IMG/VR virus record: IMGVR_UViG_3300032516_000011
Span: 1 to 64,000 of that record
Direction: 5' to 3' (one strand)
Length of the DNA: 64,000 bases
DNA from: a virus
In this document: positions 9,503-16,569 of the stretch, one piece after another
How the letters are laid out: each line of letters opens with the position of its first letter
Position numbering within the stretch: position 1 is the stretch's first letter
The notes under the pieces: generated by a model
Seen by the model: only the letters and a program-made list of their open reading frames with translations
What the model was told of the DNA's origin: nothing
Database searches by the model: none
Made by a program: the position numbers and the translations under genes

Positions 9503-10746
9503 TCTTCGGAGATACATTCTTGGGGAGTTTTATCCTCTCTAATTCTTTGTATAATGCCAAACTCAAGTTTTCCGGTTTCATCGTGTATAGATTGATATTC
9601 TATCTCTACCACAAAGGGAACTTTACGTCTGTTAGATTTCAGTTCTTCGGTAAGTGCTTTAAGCTGATCATGAGAAAGTGTGCCTGGTCCGACATAACCA
9701 CGATCAATAATTTCTCCTTTAACTCCATATTCAACCAAATGAAATTTTGAGTAGAATTGCGAGTGCTTTCCGCTCTTTCCTTTAAGTACCTCGTTTACAA
9801 CGAAATCACCGGTTTCGACAAATTTATATTTGTATGATCCCTGTCTATGTGCCTTACCATCCAGTGAGTAAGAGATTTGCGACTTGTTGGGATCTCGGAG
9901 AACGAAACCTTCCCAGCCAGTTTGCTTCGCTGTTGTAACAAGCATTGCTTCTGGACCTTCCCATGTAATCATCTCTACGAGATTTTTTAAACGTAACTTC
10001 TTAAGTATGGTATAACGTTCCATGTAAGTCTTACCCCCAACAAATTTATTGTTATGGAAAAGAATGTCAAATGGAATACACTTGAATGTACCTTCCTTAG
10101 AAAGCTCTTTGTATCTCTTTATAGCTTCTATTGGATCCTCGTTACGAATTACTTGAGCAACAAATCTTGGAACCTCTTTGTTAAGTTTGTTATGGTGGTA
10201 CACAACCTCGGATAGAACGAAGTCGCCGGCATCACAAAGTTCCAGCTGTTGGTTGATGAATGGCAGTGTAGCGCAGCTCTCTGTAAGGTTCTCCATTCTT
10301 CGAGAGTACACCATCTCGAGCCCGCCAGCCTTAACAAGGAACACACAATGGCCATTATGTTTTCTTTGAGCGATTGTGGACAAGGATTTAAAGACAGATG
10401 GTGGACATTTAGATATTGGCTTACAGGGGCAAAACGACTCGGGAATTTGGTCGAGTAAGATATGCGCGGACCATTTATTTTTATTATTGGCCGCAGGTTT
10501 TTCATCGGGAGGTGTATCGGCATATCCCTCTTTCTTTTTTAATGTGATCTTAGCCTGCATCTCTGCTTTAGCCTGTTCGGCACCAGTCAATGCATTTGCC
10601 TTTCCTATGTTCATAGGGGTACAAACCTTTGTGGTCTCTTGCATTTTACCGCCAAGTATCCCCCAGCGAGTGATTAGCAAAGAACCATCGGCCTTGATTT
10701 CTAAGAACTTGGTTTTGCCAGTTCGGGCTTTTTGATAGAGTTTCAT
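9499..10746 (-). CDS. ATP-dependent DNA ligase with N-terminal WGR-like domain
   Basis: Motif I RKHNG, FDIL, EGFVLR, KYK, C-terminal RIREDK; N-terminal RWG domain. Confidence 0.85.
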   Translation of the reverse strand: MKLYQKARTGKTKFLEIKADGSLLITRWGILGGKMQETTKVCTPMNIGKANALTGAEQAKAEMQAKITLKKKEGYADTPPDEKPAANNKNKWSAHILLDQIPESFCPCKPISKCPPSVFKSLSTIAQRKHNGHCVFLVKAGGLEMVYSRRMENLTESCATLPFINQQLELCDAGDFVLSEVVYHHNKLNKEVPRFVAQVIRNEDPIEAIKRYKELSKEGTFKCIPFDILFHNNKFVGGKTYMERYTILKKLRLKNLVEMITWEGPEAMLVTTAKQTGWEGFVLRDPNKSQISYSLDGKAHRQGSYKYKFVETGDFVVNEVLKGKSGKHSQFYSKFHLVEYGVKGEIIDRGYVGPGTLSHDQLKALTEELKSNRRKVPFVVEIEYQSIHDETGKLEFGIIQRIREDKTPQECISED

Positions 10747-10751
10747 AATGC

Positions 10752-11354
10752 CTAAAACATATGATTGAATACTGGTGGATTATCTTCTTCTCGAATAAAA
10801 TTTAGGAAGTACTGAGCCAAAATAATGGCAGCAATTTGATTTCCTAATTGTATTATACCGGCGGACAGTTCATAGTCTCGTTGACAAGATGCACCCTTTG
10901 AACTTTTATCCGGAAGTGTTTTTAGCAGCTCTTCAAGAGTATTTTTTTTATTTTTGGTATAAATAACGATTCCTTGACCCTCCGCACGCACATCAACCCA
11001 ATATTTTTCAACATGTTTATGTACGTGTCGAAACATCATATCACGAAAGTCTCTGTTATCTACACAACAAATTATAACATCAAACGGTTCCATATCCTTT
11101 GGATCTTTCACGTAACGAGACTTGGCTTGAAAATCATATCTATCAGCCATAACTTTCGCCTTGTTCTCCAGGATATCCTTGGTTTCGTAATCCTGATAAA
11201 GCGTATTTTTCTTCTCCACATCATCTCCATCAAATACGGTAAAGGTTATTCCCTCTGGTATTTGATTTTTTTGTATTAGACGGTGTATGTGCCGTAGAAA
11301 CCAGGACCCGTTTCCACCGGCACCGACAACCATTACTTTCAAATTACTTTTCAA
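10752..11354 (-). CDS. ThiF/E1-like ubiquitin-like-protein activating enzyme
   Basis: GAGGNGS nucleotide loop, DGDDVEKKN..YQ, NKA, CVDN; candidate catalytic Cys in GASCQ. Confidence 0.88.
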   Translation of the reverse strand: MKSNLKVMVVGAGGNGSWFLRHIHRLIQKNQIPEGITFTVFDGDDVEKKNTLYQDYETKDILENKAKVMADRYDFQAKSRYVKDPKDMEPFDVIICCVDNRDFRDMMFRHVHKHVEKYWVDVRAEGQGIVIYTKNKKNTLEELLKTLPDKSSKGASCQRDYELSAGIIQLGNQIAAIILAQYFLNFIREEDNPPVFNHMF

Positions 11355-11782
11355 GGCAATAACTCCGTTTTAATAAATTCGTTTCCATTCCAGTAATAAC
11401 AATGAAATTGTTCATAATGGATACTATAAATAATGTATATTCCATGATATAATCTGCCATCAACGGCTCCATACCAATCAGCTATAGATGGATATGGACG
11501 ATCAAAATAATGAGAGTGTATAATACCAATGAACTGGGTTGTATGTTCAGCACTGAATAAATCAGTATCTAATATCGCATCAAGAAACTCTACGGGAGCC
11601 ATCATAAATCCCGCAGCTTTATCTGGAGCTATATTTTTCGTAAGTCTAACTTCTTCTACAGTACCGGTTAAGTTACTTGAACATCCTACCAATACTGCAC
11701 ATACCTCATCCCCTCCGGTATCTACTGCTATACGCTTAAATTTATCACGCAATGTATTAGGAAAGGTCAGTATTTGAATCAT
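11351..11782 (-). CDS. JAB/MPN+ metallo-isopeptidase
   Basis: EVCAVLVG...HSH...PSIAD matches the JAMM E...HxH-x7-S-x2-D motif. Confidence 0.88.
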   Translation of the reverse strand: MIQILTFPNTLRDKFKRIAVDTGGDEVCAVLVGCSSNLTGTVEEVRLTKNIAPDKAAGFMMAPVEFLDAILDTDLFSAEHTTQFIGIIHSHYFDRPYPSIADWYGAVDGRLYHGIYIIYSIHYEQFHCYYWNGNEFIKTELLP

Positions 11783-12005
11783 CCGAACCCCCGATAATTA
11801 CGTTTGTTATTGTGATGATGGAGGCAGCTTTCAAATTATCTACAGTAACATTTTCGATATTGGAAAGAACCTTATCAAGATAAAACCAACCACCCTTTTG
11901 TTGGATATACATTTTGATAGTATCTAATGCCTCTACTGCTGGCTTCTCGTGTACTGAAAAGCCAGATGCGTCGAGGATCTTAAATTTTATTAATGTGTCG
12001 TTCAT
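11757..12005 (-). CDS. Ubiquitin-like (beta-grasp) protein precursor
   Basis: 82 aa; ends with beta-strand ITITNVII-GG followed by SDDSNTDLS; adjacent to JAB and E1 genes. Confidence 0.7.
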   Translation of the reverse strand: MNDTLIKFKILDASGFSVHEKPAVEALDTIKMYIQQKGGWFYLDKVLSNIENVTVDNLKAASIITITNVIIGGSDDSNTDLS

Positions 12006-13954
12006 AATGTACTAATCTCCTTAGCAAGCTTTGAATCGTTTGACAGTGCAAAGAATCTGTTGACGAGACGAGCTGTATTCGTATGTTCGTTCTGTCCTTT
12101 ATCAACCATACAGATATATCTTCCACTAGGATATTCATATACTAATAGGCCTTTGGTTTCGACTATATAATTTCTTAACCCGCCCTTAATAAGATATCCA
12201 TTCAATAACTTACCGTTTTGAGCTTTAAAATCAGGTATCTCTTCAATACCAAACATTGTCATGGTACTTTTGAGAAGGTCCTCTTCTTTTTGTCGTTGAT
12301 CAATCAGAGCTTGTCGACCAGTAGTCATCAATTGTTTAATATCGTCGCCAGACATTCCTCCTGTTTCTTCGTCTAAGAGAAGATCAATAACACGTGACAT
12401 TCCACGTGCATTAAGAATAGTTAAAAGTTTATTGGTGTTGCCGATTTTAAAACGCTTATCATTAAACACAATAAAGTTTTTATTTTTGGTTCGTGTCATG
12501 CTTATTTTGAACTCCATCTGCATATCAAAAATTTCATCGTGTACTTTTACCAAAATTCCACCATGTAAATATTTATGATATTTCAATGAACAAGAAGACA
12601 CCGTATCGCAAAATATATTAAAGGCATCAGTATCGGGAAAACAAATAGCACGTCCTAGAACTTCTCGTACCTCATCTTTATTAATACGATAATTATTAAC
12701 TTTATACACATGTGTTATTACACCATCTTTGGCTTTTCGGGCTGTGTGGTCAAGATGGAATCGGACATCGCCAATTTTACCAACTACAGGTGTAACTGAT
12801 TTTGTCGCCGCTGTGTATAAGGATTGCATCCAGATATCTAGTACACGATCAAAATTAAGATGGTCTTCTGAATACTGCCCAGAAAATTTTGTAAGTATAT
12901 CCTTCATTTCAACACCATTACAGGATATAACCTGATTCTCATATTCAAACTCATGCTTTCGAAATGTCACATCGTTATACGAGAATTCTCCACCTGTAGA
13001 CAGGTCACCAATTTTATCCTTGATCTTCTTTTCAAGCTGTTTTACAGCGGCCTGTTCATCGGCCATATCTTGTTGCTTACGCATCCATCTTTTAACTAAA
13101 GTATCGAGCGTAGCATTATCGATAGCAAGTACGGGTTGTCCTCGACGATAGTTATCTATGACGTTCTTATCTTTTGGCAGTATAGGGTTGTTATCAGTAT
13201 AAAATATATGCGGCGTATCCGTAAGCGTATCTATATGTGAGAAGTATCTATTTTCATCTGTCCAATTGTATGCTGGATCCCCTACTTTCACAATATAAAA
13301 ATAGAGGCCCATTTCAAATCCAGAGTTAGCTGCATAACCATGTTGTTGTCGTTTCGATGTATAGATAGCAATACGTGTATCATCGGGTAATTGTAGAACA
13401 CCTAGTATATGGTGTATATATGCGGGGACCTCCGAGTAATCTTTTTTCTTTACATTTAAATCGGGAGCTATTTTCTCCACACATTTATATAGCATAGATA
13501 CTGTAGCGTCAGTAAACGGATGATAGTAATCAGGCTTATAACTCGGCAGTTCTTTTGTAAGGAGTTGTTGCTTAATTTCTTCCATACTATTAAAAACTAA
13601 GTTACCATCATGTCGTTGTGGAATAAATCGTGCGGCAGTTTCGAGGAACGGTAGATCCTGGACCTGAGGTAAAAATTTTAGATATATATTCTCCATTTTT
13701 ACTGCTGGATATTTTATGGTGTCTAAGATACCATCATGTCGAGTTAGATTTAGATAGGATTCAGTTTCATGCCTATTTAAATTTAGACATAAATCATATC
13801 CAGAAGTGGCAGCCCTATAAATATATGAGAAACTAGTTAATTTTTTATAGGCATCAAACACTGTTTCAAGATGTTTTACATCTATGTCCGTAAGGCCTAA
13901 TCCGTAGATATCACTATAGATTAAAAGGCGTTCAAGTTTAAGAGCTCTGTACAT
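12002..13954 (-). CDS. Large hypothetical protein of the Ubl operon (C-terminal YICMVD Cys domain)
   Basis: 650 aa; ATGA overlap with the Ubl gene; function not recognisable from motifs. Confidence 0.7.
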   Translation of the reverse strand: MYRALKLERLLIYSDIYGLGLTDIDVKHLETVFDAYKKLTSFSYIYRAATSGYDLCLNLNRHETESYLNLTRHDGILDTIKYPAVKMENIYLKFLPQVQDLPFLETAARFIPQRHDGNLVFNSMEEIKQQLLTKELPSYKPDYYHPFTDATVSMLYKCVEKIAPDLNVKKKDYSEVPAYIHHILGVLQLPDDTRIAIYTSKRQQHGYAANSGFEMGLYFYIVKVGDPAYNWTDENRYFSHIDTLTDTPHIFYTDNNPILPKDKNVIDNYRRGQPVLAIDNATLDTLVKRWMRKQQDMADEQAAVKQLEKKIKDKIGDLSTGGEFSYNDVTFRKHEFEYENQVISCNGVEMKDILTKFSGQYSEDHLNFDRVLDIWMQSLYTAATKSVTPVVGKIGDVRFHLDHTARKAKDGVITHVYKVNNYRINKDEVREVLGRAICFPDTDAFNIFCDTVSSCSLKYHKYLHGGILVKVHDEIFDMQMEFKISMTRTKNKNFIVFNDKRFKIGNTNKLLTILNARGMSRVIDLLLDEETGGMSGDDIKQLMTTGRQALIDQRQKEEDLLKSTMTMFGIEEIPDFKAQNGKLLNGYLIKGGLRNYIVETKGLLVYEYPSGRYICMVDKGQNEHTNTARLVNRFFALSNDSKLAKEISTL

Positions 13955-14228
13955 TTTTAAGTTTTTTGGTTAATTTTAATCTTACGATGTTCATCAAGTC
14001 GGTAAATATCTCTCTCCGCATACGTTGGCGATGACCATCTATTCTTATAATATTTTCTTGAAAATCTATAATCACTAAAGAATCGAAAAACTGTGTTGTA
14101 CCTTTTCTTAATAATACACCATTCTCAGTGATTACACCAGCAGGATACCAAGGCTGGCGCTTATATAGGGTAGCTTCGATTAAAGCAAGCCCTCTTTTTG
14201 TTTGACTCATTTTCATTTGGCGCTCCAA
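13938..14228 (-). CDS. Hypothetical protein
   Basis: 96-aa ORF overlapping the 650-aa gene; start uncertain. Confidence 0.55.
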   Translation of the reverse strand: MERQMKMSQTKRGLALIEATLYKRQPWYPAGVITENGVLLRKGTTQFFDSLVIIDFQENIIRIDGHRQRMRREIFTDLMNIVRLKLTKKLKNVQSS

Positions 14229-14232
14229 ATAT

Positions 14233-14266
14233 AAAAAAAGAAGCTCAGGATTATCCCGAGCTTCTT
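14233..14266 (-). terminator. Intrinsic terminator after tmRNA
   Basis: AAGAAGCTCGGGA-TAA-TCCTGAGCTTCTT hairpin followed by a T-run on the minus strand. Confidence 0.8.
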
Positions 14267-14651
14267 GGTGGACCTGCGGGCTTCGAAGCCCGGTCCGATC
14301 GTTAATCTAGTTCATCGAATTAGTATGCTTAGATTGCAGATGTTAACTTCGCCATAAAGACTTCTAGCTTAAACATGTATGTCTTTATAGTATATCCAGT
14401 CTCTCCTGGTTGTCGGCTCCAATAACATGGACATTATGAGCGTGTTCATGTCCATGTTCAGACGGTTGTCAGTTTAAGCTAAAGCAAAAACTGGTGCAAC
14501 GCTCTTCATACCAACGGGCTTGCCGAAGGTGAAGATGTCTGCGAAAGTGCTGTTGTTTTTGGCACTTAATGTTTTAACAGTTTTTACGTGGACCATCGCC
14601 ACGGCATACCGACTCCCCTCGTTATACAACCGTCGAATCCATTTCAGGCCC
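14266..14651 (-). ncRNA. ssrA: tmRNA
   Basis: 5' GGGCCTGAAATGGATTCGAC and 3' CAGGTCC-A-CCA form an acceptor stem with G3.U70; T-arm CGGGC-TTCGAA-GCCCG; internal tag frame TTAAGT|GCC...TAA at 14563-14474. Confidence 0.93.
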
Positions 14652-14660
14652 ATACTTATA

Positions 14661-14960
14661 CTAGATTTCGTGAGAAATCCAAGTGTGACTTAAAGCTGAT
14701 GCCGGCACCAATGTAGCTAAATTCGCTGCTACAAAAGAGTCGTGTGGACTATCAGCTTTCTTTGCACCTGTTTGATCCACAGTCGTTACCCACCATTCAA
14801 TGGCGGCATCTGTAGGAAATATGTATTCTACAAAACTAACTAACATCAACTGGTTTGTTACAATTACTGTTGGAGCTCCTGCTATTAAAGCGTGGACCTC
14901 TTGTTCGTTTGCAAAATCAGAAGGTGATTGTAGCCAACTGAGCCTATATTTTTCTGCCAT
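14661..14960 (-). CDS. Hypothetical protein (beta-rich)
   Basis: 99-aa ORF with AAGGG upstream. Confidence 0.6.
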   Translation of the reverse strand: MAEKYRLSWLQSPSDFANEQEVHALIAGAPTVIVTNQLMLVSFVEYIFPTDAAIEWWVTTVDQTGAKKADSPHDSFVAANLATLVPASALSHTWISHEI

Positions 14961-14964
14961 ATTT

Positions 14965-15090
14965 TTACCCTTTATTTTCTAAAAATGTATGTGTAAGATG
15001 ACTTGCCGGCCTTATCTTCCGCCATTTACGATACAGATAAACACCCATCGCGACAAATCCCCCACCTGATAATATATACACTATAATCAT
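14965..15090 (-). CDS. Small single-TM protein (41 aa, not in ORF track)
   Basis: MIIVYILSGGGFVAMGVYLYRKWRKIRPASHLTHTFLENKG; ATG 5 nt after a perfect -10 box. Confidence 0.55.
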   Translation of the reverse strand: MIIVYILSGGGFVAMGVYLYRKWRKIRPASHLTHTFLENKG

Positions 15091-15095
15091 AAAAT

Positions 15096-15124
15096 ATTAT
15101 ACCAAAAATTATAGTTAGTATCAA
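15096..15124 (-). promoter_or_regulatory. Sigma-70 promoter
   Basis: TTGATA-N17-TATAAT, with TG extended -10. Confidence 0.75.
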
Positions 15125-15136
15125 GTACCATATACA

Positions 15137-15859
15137 TTAGTTGTATAGAAGGATTGGCCTAATATAGTAACTTATTCTTAAAACTACCTGCAAATTGCCA
15201 GTTTGTTGATCGCCCAGCATTTTTATTGGCTCAACCATCATCGAGTACTTTGGAAGCCATATATCTAAAGCGCTACCCATAGTAATTTGTCCTAAGGATG
15301 TCCACGCACTAAATGAACTAGAATAGGCACTACGTACTCTAAAGGCGTAGGTCTTATTGACATTTAGATTATAGAGTACTATCGAAGTATCTGTAAGTAA
15401 AGTATCGATAGCAAGCTTAGAAAAAATCGAGTCTCCGGCTTGAAAATTATATCTTAGTGCTGCATTATCTTTTGGCCACGATTTGGCCATGTCCCCAGAT
15501 AAATAATACTGTGTATTATAGACACTGTTGTATCCTAAATAGGTTTGTACTCGTCGGGTTGATTTTGGTCCTATCCACGTCGCAGTATAAAAACTGGTTC
15601 TATTATTTCCAGCCCCCTTTGTGCTGTCAAGTCGAAAGCTAAAATTCACCGTATCACATTGTATAGAAAAATAGTTCCCGGGCCTTAATTTTATAGTATC
15701 CGCTTTTACTGATTTAGCCCATTGGTCATAATAGGCTGACTCATATTTTTGCATTGTTGGTGTATAGACATTAGTAGCCTTCATCGTTGAGTCGATCACA
15801 GATTGTGATTTCAAGAGGGATGTTAGCAGTAACGTCAACACTATAATTTTTTTAATCAT
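15137..15859 (-). CDS. Secreted protein with FN3-like segment
   Basis: Signal peptide MIKKIIVLTLLLTSLLKS|Q; NLNVNKTYAFRVRS...SAWT FN3 signature. Confidence 0.7.
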   Translation of the reverse strand: MIKKIIVLTLLLTSLLKSQSVIDSTMKATNVYTPTMQKYESAYYDQWAKSVKADTIKLRPGNYFSIQCDTVNFSFRLDSTKGAGNNRTSFYTATWIGPKSTRRVQTYLGYNSVYNTQYYLSGDMAKSWPKDNAALRYNFQAGDSIFSKLAIDTLLTDTSIVLYNLNVNKTYAFRVRSAYSSSFSAWTSLGQITMGSALDIWLPKYSMMVEPIKMLGDQQTGNLQVVLRISYYIRPILLYN

Positions 15860-15934
15860 ATTATCCTTGGTTTAGTTTATGAATTTATGGGGTCGGCAGG
15901 TATAGTTAATCCTGCCCACCGCGTCTCCACCAGC

Positions 15935-16309
15935 TTATGGTGTACCATTGTCATAAGCAACAATAGCCATAAAACCATTTGGTTTAGGCTCTAAGGTTAC
16001 TTCTTTACCTATCATATCAGAAACATTTTCTGCTTTCAGATATTGTAGAAATTTTGCTAGAAGACTAGTAGCTAATAGTTGTTCTCCCGTAGAATCAAAA
16101 TTCAACCATAAGCCTTTAACAGTTAAACTTCCAGTATGGTCTTTTACCCAAACCTCATTCACTTTGTATTCGGCGCCATCATCTGATTGCGTGTATACAT
16201 AAAAACGTTTGTTCGGATTACCGATGACAGAAGGCTTAACGTCGATGTTTATGATCTTAACTTTTTTCTTATTGCTACCGATCTTTAAATTAAATAACTC
16301 GTTGTTCAT
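15935..16309 (-). CDS. Hypothetical protein (possibly OB-fold)
   Basis: 124-aa ORF in the operon; ends in a MIGKEVTL motif. Confidence 0.6.
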   Translation of the reverse strand: MNNELFNLKIGSNKKKVKIINIDVKPSVIGNPNKRFYVYTQSDDGAEYKVNEVWVKDHTGSLTVKGLWLNFDSTGEQLLATSLLAKFLQYLKAENVSDMIGKEVTLEPKPNGFMAIVAYDNGTP

Positions 16310-16560
16310 TCATTTTGTTTTGGTTCAATCTTGGCATATCCAATGCTTAATCTGTCCTGTATTTTTTTATTCACTATATCCAGAGCATCGGGATATGAAC
16401 CTGCAAATGCAGGTGTGGCGGGTTGAAAAATGGAATCATCGCCGTTGGGGCCTACTATTCCGTAGGTAACTATCACTGCAAAATTGTCCCCGGAAAGTGG
16501 CATTAAATTAATATCATACCACTTAGTTGCCGCATCAGCTCGTTTACATTCGTATCTCAT
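16306..16560 (-). CDS. WGR-domain protein
   Basis: KWYDI...TYGIVG...K...GY pattern of WGR domains. Confidence 0.65.
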   Translation of the reverse strand: MRYECKRADAATKWYDINLMPLSGDNFAVIVTYGIVGPNGDDSIFQPATPAFAGSYPDALDIVNKKIQDRLSIGYAKIEPKQNE

Positions 16561-16569
16561 ATTATTTTC

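Noticed and set aside
10752-12005. ThiF/ThiS sulfur relay for cofactor biosynthesis
   Set aside because: Not excluded but disfavoured: no thiG, moaE, cysteine synthase, rhodanese or desulfurase is seen in the window.
14266-14300. Stand-alone tRNA gene at the T-arm/CCA sequence
   Set aside because: It pairs with a 5' end 386 nt away and encloses a tag frame, so it is the tmRNA. No canonical tRNA was recognised in the window.
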